Origin: the human T2T-CHM13v2.0 reference genome, Homo sapiens
Assembly (NCBI RefSeq): GCF_009914755.1
Contig: NC_060930.1
DNA length: 64,000 nt
Reading direction: 5' to 3' (one strand)
This document shows positions 1 to 15,908 of the stretch, piece by piece (the first letter of the stretch is position 1; every line of letters begins with the position of its first letter). The notes beneath the pieces are model-generated. The model made no database searches. It saw only the letters and a list, made by a program, of their open reading frames with translations, and was not told the DNA's origin. The translations under genes and the position numbers were made by a program.

Positions 1-464
1 ATTGACTGTAAAGTTTATTTGGAGATGCAAAAGACCCAGAAAAGCCAACACAATATTGAAGGAGAAGAACAAAGTTGGAGGACTGACACTAGCTGACTTC
101 AAAACTTACTGTAAAGCTACAGTAATCAAGACAATGTGGTATTGGTAGAAGAATAAACAAATATATCAATGGGACAGAATAGAGTCCAGAAATAGACCAC
201 ATAAATATAGTTAACCGATCTTTGACAAAAGAGCAGAGGCAAAATAACGGAACAAAGATCATCTTTTCAGCAATGATGCTGAAACACTGGACGTCTTCAT
301 GTAAAAAAATGAATCAACACAAACCTTATACACAAACCTTATACTCCTCACAAAAATTAACCCAAAATGGGTCACAGACCTACATATAAAATGCAAAACT
401 AGAAAACTCCTAGAAGATAACAGAAGAAAATCTAGCTGACCTTGGGTTTGCCAATGACTTGCTA

Positions 465-751
465 TTTTTGTTTTCATTTTTGAGACAGGGTCTTGCTTTG
501 TCACCCAGGCTAGAGTGCAGTGGAGAGATCACACAGTTCACTGCAGCCTCAACTTCCTGGGCTCAAGTGATCCTCCCACCTCAGCCTCCCAAGTAGCTGA
601 AACTACAGGCATGCACCACCGTGCCTGGCTAGCTTTTTTTTGGGTAGAGATGGGGTTTCACCATGTTGCCCAGGCTGGTCTCACTTAAGCCCTTGGGCCA
701 AAGTGATCCTCCCAAAGTGTGAGATTACAGGTGTGAGCCACCAGGCCCATC
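465..751 (-). mobile_element. Alu (AluJ-like)
   Basis: Reverse Alu consensus (tgagacagggtcttgc...cccaaagtgtgagattacagg). Confidence 0.9.
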
Positions 752-885
752 TTGGGGATGACTTTTTAGATGCAACACCAAAGCCATGAGCCATGAAAAA
801 AAAAAATCTGATATGTTGGATTTTATTAAAATTAAAAATTTCTGCTCTGCAAAAGACAATGTCAAGAGAATAAGAAGAAAAGCTG

Positions 886-1177
886 AGCTGGGCGCTGTGG
901 CTCATGCCTGTAATCCCAGCATTTTGGGAGGAGGAGGTAGGCGGATCACTTGAGGTCAGGAGTTCGAGACCAGCCTGGCCAACATGGTGAAACCCCATCT
1001 CTACTAAAAATACAAAAATCAGCCAGGTGTGGTGACACAGGCCTGTAATCCCAGCTACTCGTCGGGCTGAGAATTGCTTGAATCTGGGAGGCAGAGATTG
1101 CAGTAAATTGAGATTGTGCCACTGCAATCCAGGCTCAGTGAAGAGTGAAACTTCATTTCAAAAAAAAAAAAAAAAAA
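886..1177 (+). mobile_element. Alu (AluS-like)
   Basis: Forward Alu dimer with A-tail. Confidence 0.9.
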
Positions 1178-2022
1178 GCCAGCGACTAGGTGAAAATATT
1201 TGTGAAAAATATCTAAAAAAGGACTGTTGTCCCAAATATACAAAGAACTCTTAAACCTCAACAATAAAAGAAACAACTTGATTAAAAAAATGAAATAAAA
1301 GACTTTAACAGGCACCTCATCAAAGAAGATATAAAGATGGCAAATAAGCATATGAAAAGACGCTCTACATCATATGTCACTCTGGAAATGCAAATTAAAA
1401 CAACAATGAGATACCACTATACACCTATGAAAATGGCCCAAATCTAGAACGCTGACAACACCAAGTGCTGATGAAGATGTGGAGCAACAGGAACTCTCAC
1501 TCATTGCTGGTGAGAATGCAAAATGATACAGCCATTTGGAAGACAGTTTGGCAGTTTCTTACAAAACTAAACATACTCTTACCATATGATCCAAAAATTG
1601 TACTCTTTGGTATTTACCCAAATGAATTGAACTCTTATGTCCATGCAGAAACATACGCACAGATATGTCTGGCAGCTTTACTTATAATTGCCAAAATTTG
1701 GAAACAATCAAGGTGTTCATCAGTAGGTAAATGGATAAACAAATTGTGGTTCATCCAGACAATGGAATTTTACTCAGGCCTAAAATTTTACTCAAGCCAT
1801 GAAAAGACGTGGAGAAAACATATTATTGAGGGAAAGAAGCCAATCTGAAAAGGCTACATATTGTGTGATTCCAACTACATGACATTCTGGAAAAAGCAAA
1901 ACTATGGAGACGCTAAAAAGATCAGTGGTTACCAGGGACCGGGTGGTGAGAGGGATGAATGGGTGCAGCACAGATTTTAAGGGCAGTGAAACGATTCTGT
2001 ATTATACTATCATGGTGGCTAT

Positions 2023-2378
<356 letters not shown>

Positions 2379-3009
2379 TTACATTTGTCCAAACCCATAG
2401 AATGTACAGCACCAAGAGTGAACCCTAATGTAAACTATGGATTTTGGATAATGACGTGTCAATGTAAGCTCATCAGTTGTAACAAATGTACCACTCTGGT
2501 TGATACTGGGGAGGTTACGCATGTGTGGGAGTAGTGGATAAATGGGAAATCTCTGTACATTTCTCTCAATTTTGCTGTGAATTTAAAACTGCTCTTAAAA
2601 AAAAAAAAAAGAGTCCCAGGAGGACTGTGGAATGGAAGTGTGCCGGGGTTCTGACCTGAGGGTATCAAGATGTCCCGGAGGTAGTTCCCAAATGTTGGAC
2701 CACGAGATGATGATCTCCACACAGAACAGGCTGGGAGCAGGAGAAGGAATCTGCAGTTCTGGGTTTGCCGTTGGGGCTGTATTAGAAGATAGGAACTGAA
2801 GACACAAGCAGTGAACCATGCTGAGTCAGCCATGACAGGGTCAGAGACCAAAGCCCAGGCTCAGAATGTTTGCATGCTTATTTTCTTCTCTGCATTCATT
2901 TCCATTTTTGTTCTCTGTATATATTTACTAAGGTCTTTTTGAAAGTTTAAGCCTTTTTCAGATACACTGAGGAGCTCAGGGCAGGCGCAGGCTTGGGTTA
3001 GGCCTCTAG

Positions 3010-3225
3010 ACCAGGAGCCTTTTGTTATTTTTCCTTAAAGGATCAGATAGTAAATATTTTCAGTGTTTTAGGTCTTGCAGGCCACATGGTCTCTGTAGCC
3101 ACTATTCAACTCTGCTGTTGTAGTGGGAAAGCAGCCACAAATGACACATAAATGAATGACTGTGGCTGGGTTCCAGTCAAACATTATTTACAAAATCACA
3201 GAGCTAGCAGCTTTGGCCTCCTGGC
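3010..3225 (+). mobile_element. MER58A-like hAT-Charlie element
   Basis: aaaggatcagatagtaaatatttt...gcaggccacatggtctctgtagccactattcaactctgc resembles the MER58 consensus as recalled. Confidence 0.7.
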
Positions 3226-3394
3226 CTCAGTGTACAGTAGACAGTTAAGGGGGTCTGGCCCATCCCTGGGGCCCAAGGTAAATGATGGCAGAAGTAATTG
3301 AAGTGAGAGAAGCCTAAGGAGCAGGTAGCTCAGGAGAGAGACCGGGCCCTCACGGTCTGCTTAAGCCTTGAGGATTTAGATATTAATTAATTAA

Positions 3395-3689
<295 letters not shown>

Positions 3690-4511
3690 GCAGTTTTAAT
3701 TTATTAAAAAGGACACCTCCTTCACTCCATCTTAACAGCAGGTTTTTTTTTTTTCTGTTGTTGTTTCCGCTACATCCTTAGCACCTAAAACAGTTGCTTG
3801 ACATAGTCTAAGCACTCAAAAATATTTGCTAATGGATATTTGAATGAGTAAAATTCCCTTACACAGCAGGGTTGAGTGAACCCTTGGTATCTCTGTGACT
3901 CCGGACATATAAAACCAAACAACAAACAAACAAATGAGAATACCAGTTTTGATGTTGTGAAGCTAGAAAAGAGAAAATAAAGAGCCAAGAGAAGAAATTA
4001 AATATATCCTTTCAATTTTAAGGTAATTGCAGGCAAGCATTGGGTTTCCTCAGCTCTGCATCCTGTAGGTTGCCCTGCCTGATCCACACTAAGTGTTTGG
4101 TAACTGGAAGCTTCAGGGTGGGTACAGATTCTATAGGCAGATACTAATAGTTGGGCAGGAAAGGAGATTATTAAATCTTCACTAGGCTTTTCACAGAATT
4201 ATTCACTGAACCCACATGGAGGCTAACCCTGTCTACACATGTTAGTTATTTCCATAATAGTGCCTTTTTGGAGACCATGTTGTTAGGTTATATTGTACTA
4301 TAATATAATTATGCTAAAGTATTATGCAGACTGAGTGCTTATAACCTATGTCTACGCTAATTGCAAAGGAAAGGCAAGGTTCCTGCCCTTTTCGAGTTTG
4401 CTTTGAAAGACAGGGATTAAAAAAAAAAAAAAAGATAGGGATTTTCCCAAGCACAGAGAGGGCACATAGGAGTGTAAGCAGAAGACAGACAGGAGGAAAG
4501 GAGGAGAGCCC

Positions 4512-5002
4512 TGTTAAGGCTCAGAACGCATCCCAAAATACGGCACCTTGGCGATGGAGAAAATGACTGAAGCAAGGTCACTCTGGCTTCTGCCACCTTC
4601 TCCCGGGAGCATTGGTCATAGGGGATTCTCTGACCTACCTCGCCTGACACTGGGCCACAAAACCCTCATTCCAGAAGGGTCCTGCCCTACAACCGGACCA
4701 AGAAAAATCTAAACAAACAGGCCTTACTGGGATCCCTCCTTCAGTCTATTACCATGAGATCACACCCTTTTGTCCAATCACATTTCTACATGCTGTCAAT
4801 TCCTCATCAAACCTAAGCATAAAACACACAGTGTCTCCTAGGTCATGGGGTCTTTACTTCTGAAGGCTCCTGTGTCACATAAAACTTAGGTTAAATGCAA
4901 TTGGTTATGCTTTTATCTTGTTAATCTGTCCTTCGTTATGGGGGTGTCAGTCGAAAACCTCACCGTGGTGAAGAAAAGATGTATTACCTTTTATCCCCTA
5001 CA
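4512..5002 (+). mobile_element. ERV1 solo LTR (MER39/MER34 group)
   Basis: TG...CA termini; start tgttaaggctcagaacgcatcccaaaatacggc and end ttttatcccctaca resemble MER39/MER34 ends. Confidence 0.6.
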
Positions 5003-5026
5003 GACTTAACCGGTCGGCCACTCTGG

Positions 5027-5028
<2 letters not shown>

Positions 5029-5100
<72 letters not shown>
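5029..5100. repeat. Compound (TG)n(AG)n microsatellite
   Basis: Directly visible. Confidence 0.97.
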
Positions 5101-5234
5101 AATATTGCCTCTCCAAAGGCCTCCTAAAATCAACCTTTTTGGGAATGATAATCCATTAAGTCATCCAGTGATCATTGTCTCATTATGAACTGTTTATCAG
5201 ACACTTCCTTGGTGTCAGAATAAAGAGCAACCAC

Positions 5235-5615
5235 TTATTGACTGGCGACCACAGATGGGCACTTTGCCAAGTTCGCTGCATGCTCTCTAATTTAATCCTC
5301 TCTTGCAACTCTGGACAATAGCATTATTTCCCCCATTTTATTAAGGGGATCACTGAGGTTCACAGGAGCTAAATAATCTACTGAGATCACTCAGTAATAA
5401 GTGGAAGAGACTGGGGTGAGGCAAGAGGGGCACCTAGAGTGCAACACTTAGGGAGGCAAACTCTCTGATCTGTGCATGTGTGTGCAGGGTTGATGTGAGC
5501 CTGAACCGGAGATGAGTGTCTCAAGATTTGCACCCTTGGTCCTTGCTTGCCTCACCTGGTCCTGGTCCTACGTCCTTCTGACTCAAAAGCCTGTGCTCCT
5601 AACTACTGCACCATA
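5235..5615 (-). mobile_element. MIR with a nested palindromic MER96-like hAT element (~5405-5570)
   Basis: MIR core (cccattttattaaggggatcactgaggttcacag) resumes at tctgactcaaaagcctgtgctcctaac. The insert has inverted ends ggtgaggcaag / cttgcctcacc. Confidence 0.6.
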
Positions 5616-6691
5616 GCTGAAAGCAGAACCTTATTGATGGCAACGCTGGGGAGGGAAGAGGTGTGCACTGGAATGAGGTGGAGCAGTGGGCTTAAAATTT
5701 TTTGCTTGTGTGTCCCCAAAGAGGATTTTTAAATGCTATGTATTCTTTGAACATTTAAAAATTGATATTAAAAAAATTCAACTTAAATCTACACAATTGC
5801 AAAGGATGGTAATTTCCACTTTTGCTTTAAAATAACATTGTTAAATTATTTTTAATGTATTCAATGGAGGCTAGGTAGCATAATGATAAGAAAGGCACAG
5901 GTAGACATGAGAGAGAAATTTTATACCCTATTCTTTTTCCTTAAACTCTTTGAAATCATATTTCAATTTCATTCTCCAATAGAATTTTATCCTAGTGTTT
6001 TCTGTGCTTAAAAATGTTAAATATATTTCTGAAACAAAAATATGTATATAAATTGAAATAGATGTTCTATTTTCTTTGACCATAGGACTCCAAGTGTTTA
6101 AAGGTTTTCTTTTGGATTTAGTTATCATTACAATTGTTATTAGTACTCATAGGTCCTCAACATCATTATATTACAAGTATTAGTAGTTACTAAATATAAA
6201 GATACAATTCCATTAGAACCACATCTCTTAACAAGATAGGGCATTTAAAAAGTTATTTCATTGCAGGAGGAGCAGGATTAAAAAAGCAAAAAACAAAGTT
6301 ATTTTATATATTCATGGATGAATATTACTTAGAAAAAGATAGGGTTCAGCTCCAATTCTCATAACATTTCTGACACAATAAAGAGAAGTATTCTGTGTCA
6401 TGGGTCTTTTTGAACAATTAGTGTGCACTGGCCTTGAAATGTGCTTTCTCAGACAACATCTCATCGCCACTGGTATATTGCTAGTGCATTAGTGGACCAA
6501 ATGATAGTAAAATCAGAAAGGCATAGGGTTACATTCCAATTCTCATCATATTTGTCATTTTTACATATGTAAGTGTTGAGAAACTTTGTTCACTAAAATA
6601 AGTAGTTGGAAATGAGAAGTGTTTTGTTGTAGGAAAGCCATTCACTTCTCCAAGTTATGTCCTAACAAAATCATATGGTGATATATTGTGA

Positions 6692-6992
<301 letters not shown>

Positions 6993-8507
6993 AAAATTTT
7001 TTAATGATTTATCAGCCCTTCCTCCAAATAGGTGGAAGCTACTTGACTTGGAAAAGGATTTGTTACCCAGTTGTTGGAGTCTTTTATGGTCTCAACACCA
7101 ACACAAGGATTTCAGATTAATTTCATTTTGGGTACCTCAGAGGCTTTTAAGCCCTGAGGCATTCCATGGTGGCAAGTCCTGGTAGATGAGATGGGTGCCT
7201 TCCTTTTTATTCTTGTGAAGAAAGGGTGCCTGTGAAAGGGGAGATGGGAACAGAGAACCAGCAAGACACCTGAAACACACAGGCTCTTTCTCAGGGAGAA
7301 TGGTTTTAGGCAGAAGCTCCTAAGGACGATGAGGATCTGGGAAGTGATTTCCATAATACGACATGTGCCTATTTTGAGGATCACCAATGTAGGGCATGAT
7401 GGATGCATTAATGAAAAAGGTGGTAAGAACTCTTTTGAACGATAGGATGGGCAAGGATGGGAGTAGGGTGTAGAGAGGGCTGTGGGGGAAGAGGAAGGGA
7501 GTACCAGTCAAGTAGGGAAATAAGGGAGAACTGAAAGAGCACACAAGAGTTAATTCAGTTTTGACTGTGGCTGGCCCCTCTGTGTTATAAACTGACCATT
7601 GACTCACTCTCACCAGCACAACATTTAGAACCCAGTGTTTTTGTCTTGAGTTTTGTTTTGTCAATTAACACCAAAGCAGGCTAAATAATAATACATGTTT
7701 GGTTGTGAGACAGTGTGTTGGAGGGGCTGATTTTTATTCAGGGGTTTAATCAAGAAAGGAATTAAGATTAGAATTCAAGGTTTATAAATCAGGTGAAGAT
7801 CAGAAGATAGGAAGGGGACAATTTGGAAAAAGGGGAGAGGACTTAAGATAAAGCCTGGGCACTTTGATTCTGTGTCCCCGGTTTCCATCATTAACATTGT
7901 TTTAGCTGCAAATGTTGCTTCCTCTTCCCAAATTAAATTAAACTGTCCTTAGAGCTGGAATAATGTAGTTCAGTTCTCTCTAAACTGGAGTATACTATCT
8001 CTCAGCACTTTCAAAATGGCTAAGGGTCTTTATTTTGTGTGTAACCTTATTTTGTGTGTAATACACATGAACATCTCGAGTGTCATTCAGAAACAGGCCA
8101 TTTCTCGGATAAGTCTATTCATTTGCAAATTGACAGATCTCTATTAATAGCAAGAAATGTTTGCTATCAGGTTTACATTGTTACCAATGTAATTCAAAAT
8201 CATCCTTGGTAAGATTAGGCTTTTTGCGTGGAAAATTAATTAAGTTAAAATTTAAAAGCCATCTTTGAATGAGACATGAGAAGTAAAACAACAAAATAAA
8301 AATTTAAAATCTTTGCATGAATTCAAAGTTCATGAAACTCTTAACTTATTTTGAGCACATAATTTTAAAATAAAAATATTTGAAAATTGGTTTTATATTT
8401 TTTAGCATAGCTTTTAACTATTCACTGGAATTGAGAAACTCACCTGCCTATTTGTAGAAATTCTGCTTTCTAAATATGGCTCCTAAGCATATATATGTAA
8501 CTGATAG

Positions 8508-8833
<326 letters not shown>

Positions 8834-9615
8834 TAACATATATCTTTATGAAAGCAAAAGCAAATGTTATAGTCACACAATTATAGAATAATGTCATGTA
8901 TATAATTTCTATTTAAATGTAAAGTCAAAAAAGTCCTCTGAGATGGAGCCTTCCCTTATGAAATGCTCTACCCTGCTCCTGGCTGATGGCAACCAGATCA
9001 TATTTCAAACTGCTAATCAAGTTGTTAATTTATAAAATCGAGTAGATGGGAAAAGGTTTCTACTTTGGCTTTGACTTTAATTATGTTAACTTTTTCCTTT
9101 CTCTCCTAAAATACAACTTGTTAGCAAATGCCACCTAAATGGTACTTCCTTTGTGACTTCGCAGCTGTCATTGTTATGCATTCATCAGGCCGGAAGTGCT
9201 CTTCTGTGTATTTTTGGAAAGCTATTCATCTGTTTTAGCTAAACAAACAGAGCTGTTTAAGCTGTTAAAATACAGTACCATAGTTATTTGTTTTTGCATC
9301 TTCGAGTTGCATGTAAATGAAAGGTTCGGGCTAATTGGTTCTAGGAATAGTATCCAAAGCAGTTCTAGAGAATTTCTCCCGGTAATTAAGTGGAATGCAC
9401 TCTGGGACTCTAGTCGGCCTCACACAGAAGGGCCTCTTGGCTTTCCTTGTGGCTGTTTGTGCTTATCTCAGCCAGCTCAGTGGTTGTGGGTAGTGGGCTG
9501 TGGGCTGTGGGCTGGGGTGGTTAGGAGGGGAGGAAGAAAAAAGTTAATTACGGCCCAATGCAGGCCGACTGGAGCTCAAGGAGGAGGCACTGCAATGGAG
9601 AAAGAGGAGCTGGGG

Positions 9616-10444
9616 CAGGGCCGGCTGCATAGGCCTGCGACTAGTGCTGGCACACAGCCTCTGAGCCCAGAAGGGGGCCCCGCACTCCCAATGTCTGCAG
9701 CCACCGTCTTGGAATTCTGATTTATCTTTGAATACATGGTGTCTTTTAAGTGAAGTCCTAATGGGATGATGGAGCAGAAGCTGGGACCTTGGAGCCTCCC
9801 GCCACCTCCCTGCCTTTCCTGGCCCTGGCTGCAGGCTCCCCTTCCACCCCCCTGCCTTTCCTGGCCCTGGCTGCAGGCTCCCCTTCCACCCCTCCACCCA
9901 CCCACCCAGTCCCAGGCTCTCCCCCACCATCCACCCACCCAGTCCCAGGCTCCCCCACCACCGCCCACCCAGCCCCAGGCTCCCTTCCCACCCACCCACC
10001 CAGTCCCAGACTCCCCCACCACCTACCCACCCACTCTCAGACTCCCCTACCACCTACCCACGCAGCCCCAGGCTCCCCTCCCACCCCCCACCCAGTCCCA
10101 GGCTCCCCCCGACCACCCAGTCCCGGGTTCCCCCACCATCCACCCACCCAGTTCCAGGTTCCCCCACTGCAACCACCCCCTGCCCCAGTGCAGGCCCTGG
10201 TGGTCTCATGCGCATGCTCACCCCCTGCCCCCCACGCCAACCCCTTGCTTCTGAGGATCTGCACTCACCTTGCAGTATTCTTGTGCCGGTGGGCGTGTGG
10301 CATTACATAGCAAATTACAAGCACCAGGAAGGGGCAAGAGAGAAACCGTGAGGGGGAGAAAGAAAAATCCTTTCTCTTGGTTTTTGCAAAAGGGACCCCA
10401 CATTGTCATTTTTCACTAAGCCCTGAAAAGTAAGTAGCAGTCAG
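9616..10444 (+). mobile_element. MER45-family hAT-Tip100 element
   Basis: 5' end cagggccggctgcataggcctgcgac and 3' end tttttgcaaaagggaccccacattgtcatttttcactaagccc match MER45 termini, and both are homologous to the copy at 35792-38488. Confidence 0.65.
9808..10170. repeat. C-rich minisatellite: 2 x 42-bp units, then ~9 degenerate ~30-bp units (cccaccacccacccagtcccaggctc)
   Basis: Directly visible. It explains the Pro-rich and Gly/Trp-rich ORFs in all six frames. Confidence 0.92.
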
Positions 10445-11139
10445 GAGCCAATGCACTGGTTCACCACCAAAGCCGGCAACTCAAAAAGCCCAAAGGAAGG
10501 CAATCTTGCCAACAACCAGAACGCTCCTAAGAACCTGCAGGAGCTTGACATCCACAGGTGAAGTCAAAGTTTCTCCGGCCAGAGTAAGCATCTAGGCGAT
10601 TAAGCAGCATCCAGGTGGGGGTGCCTGTGACACCTGGAGCCCCAGAGGGCTTGTTACAGTGCTCTTTTAGCTCTGGGCTCTAGCGCTTGGGCTTCAGCTC
10701 TTAAAAGCCATGAATAGAGTAAGGATGAACTACAGGGTGTGGGGATAGAATAAGGGACTTAGTTTTTCAGAGAAGTTAAATGATGTAGAGTTTAGACTCT
10801 GATGCCAGGTGGTCATGGTTCAAATCCCTTTCATCCATTAATACCATGACCTTGGCCAAGTCACTCAATTATTCTGAGCTGCCAGATAAGGATCTGTGGA
10901 ATCATTTCTTGATGAGTCTGATATTTTGCTTCTTTCCCATCTTTTCAGTTATTAAAAATTAAATAAAGTTATTATTTAAAAAGTGGAAATACTTCAATTT
11001 AGTCATATTTCTATCTGGTTAGGTTACAATGCCTTATTTCCCTCTATTGATGTCAGTCATGCTTCTGGTGGTTGCACGACAATCCTAATATAAGTGAACA
11101 TAGGTATAATCTTGGCATCGAGAATGCCATTTATATGCA

Positions 11140-12078
11140 TGATAGGGACGGGGGCAGAGAAATTCTAGGCAGAAAAGTGTGGTCCCTGACGAAATCTCAC
11201 CCTCAAGCCAAAAAGCCTGAAACCCGTGGTCCAAAGTGAGAACTTCTATCCCTGTTTTCCCATGTGAATGCTGCCTTTCCCTAAACTACCTATGGCCCAC
11301 TCTGCCCCTATCCTGTGCATAGAAGACTCCAGACTCAGCCAACAGAGAGGAGAAGCAGCTGGGCGTTGGGGTCTAGGGCTGGAAGTTGGAGAGAAGCAGC
11401 TTGACTTCAGAGGGACAGCTTGAGCTTCAGAGAAGAATTTGGAGAAGAATCTGGCCAAAGACAGCTGGACTTCAGGGGAAGATTACCTATCCCCCATCCC
11501 CTTTTCAGCTCCCCTTTCCACTGAGAGGAGACGGCTGGACTTCAGGGGAAGATTACCTACCCCCCATCCCCTTTTCAGCTCCCATTTCCTCTGAGAGCCA
11601 CTTTCCTTGGCAATAAAATCCCCTGCATTTACCATCCTTCAATTCGTTCATGCGACCTCATTTTTCCTGGATGCCAGACAAGAGCTTGGGAGCCACAAGT
11701 GTGGACATAAAAGGCTGTCACACTGGCCCTTTGCCCTCGCTGGTGGAGGGCAGTCGTCTCACACGACGAGGCAAAGGGCTCACTGAGCTGTTAACACTTA
11801 AGCCATCAGAGGACAGCAGAGCTAAGAGAGCACTGTAACACGCCCTCTGGGGCTCCAGGTGTCACAGGCACCCCCACCTGGATGTTGCCATGGGGCCCGC
11901 ACAGAGCTTGCTCTTGCTGGTGCCGAAGCGGCTGGCCAGTTCCAGGCCTCGTGCACTCCAGTCCCCGCCTTGTTTGCTCGTGCACTCCCTCCTGTGAGGA
12001 GTGGAGAGCTGTGGGCTGAGTAAACGATGCACCCCTGTCTCGAGTCCCACAAAGGGGTCAGGCAAATATCCTGCCTCG
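11140..12078 (+). mobile_element. ERV1 solo LTR of the LTR1/LTR27/LTR28 group
   Basis: Begins tgatagggacgggggcagagaaattctaggcagaa...ccctcaagcc; AATAAA at ~11612; internal ~70-bp duplication (11461-11590); ends gagtcccacaaaggggtcaggcaaatatcctgcctc. Confidence 0.75.
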
Positions 12079-12094
12079 TGTACACACACATATC

Positions 12095-12854
<760 letters not shown>

Positions 12855-12855
12855 A

Positions 12856-13935
<1,080 letters not shown>

Positions 13936-14507
13936 GGTTTTAATATTAACCGTTCGTCTGATACAGATATTGAAATATTTTCCCCAGTTTTTAACAAGCA
14001 CTGTAGTTTGGTGCATGGAATCAGAAGTCAGACTGCTTGGCTTTGGATCATGGCTCTGTCCCTTTCTGGTTCCACCTCTTAAAAGCTGTGTGACCATGAG
14101 TAAGTTACTGAACATATGAACAGGACAAGAACTCTGGACGTGTGGGGATGGAAGGTGGAACTGAGATTCGAGTCCCATTTGAGCGCAGAGCCTGTATTCT
14201 TAACTTCTGGGCTACATGGAGCCAAAATAAACAGTGGCAGAGAGAGAGAGAGAGAGAGAGAGATGCAGATAAATAAAGATAGTGAAGGGTATTGGATGGA
14301 TTATGTTTTAAGTACTTTCAAGGCAAGATTTTACTTTGTCTTTGAATTCCCATCATTTAGTTCCACACCTGGTGCATAATAGACACTCATAAATGAATCA
14401 TTGGGTAGGGTCATAGGCGTGATGCAGAGCAGAAATGCTTAGGTTCTAACAGTGGGGCCATGGGTTGGCCATTCAGATTTGTAACTAAAAGAAAGAAAGA
14501 AAGAAAG

Positions 14508-14924
<417 letters not shown>

Positions 14925-15863
14925 TTAAGGCTGCTTGAACTATTTATTAGTCTGTAATTAGAGTCCCAAGCGTTTCCTTCTGTTTCCTAAAGGGTTGGAA
15001 AAATGCCCCGAGGGCTTGTCACCATAGGCCTTCCCCACTTCTAATCAGCCAGATGGCAGCTGCAGGAAGTGGCAGCTAAAGCAACAATCACAATGTGGTG
15101 TTGACAGTGTAGATCTTCCACTGAATGGGGAGTATGAGGAAGCGTAGACAGTGGAGTTTTTCAGCCTGGATTTTAGAATTGGTTTTTGTCAGTTGGGCTT
15201 TATATATTAGTTGGGAATAACTAAATAATTTAAACAACAGCTATTTGATTATACTAATCTATTAGGCCAGAATCGAAAAGTGCCTTTTAAAAAGTCCTCC
15301 TGGATTAAAAATTTCTCTTAGAAACATTCATAATTCATTGCTGCTCTTACTAATGTCAAAATCTTACTGACTCAGTAAATGGCAAAAGGTGCATGTGGTG
15401 TTTGTGCTTATGTATTTATTTCATTATTTATTTGGATATGGGATACTGCATAGAAAGAAAACACACTCTGACTCGTTAGGTATATAAATCTCATAATCCT
15501 TAAGGGAAAAGAGACCAGGGAAGTGTATCTACCACTGGAGATTTTCTTTGACATTACAGACTTAAATGCTGTCACTGGCCTCCCTTTGCAAGGGCACATT
15601 CTGTTCAGATGTGTTAATAGAAAGAAAGCAGAGTCTAATGAAAATGCCAGAATGTCCTTTGGGAAGCTGACAAATAGAGTGTGCTGCTGATGTGGACTCA
15701 AGCTGCAGACCATCCATAGGCCTATTATTAGAATAGGGACAATGTCCAACCGTTCCTAATTGCTGAATGACATACACCTGCCACTTAATTTCCTCAGTGT
15801 CACCTGTGAATTATACCTAAGATCAAACAGCAAGAACATGTATTCATTCAGATATCTGTGTGT

Positions 15864-15908
15864 CCATCCATCCATCCATCCAGCCATCCATCCATCCATC
15901 CATCCATC
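15864..15908. repeat. (CCAT)n tetranucleotide repeat
   Basis: Directly visible. Confidence 0.9.

Noticed and set aside
1465-1848. 127-aa ORF as a stand-alone gene
   Set aside because: It is a residual frame of the L1 ORF2p C-terminus in a decayed LINE.
9196-9720. 174-aa ORF
   Set aside because: GTG start, no recognisable domain, and it runs into a MER45 element.
9544-10310. Overlapping Pro-rich and Gly/Trp-rich ORFs on both strands
   Set aside because: They are by-products of a stop-poor C-rich minisatellite.
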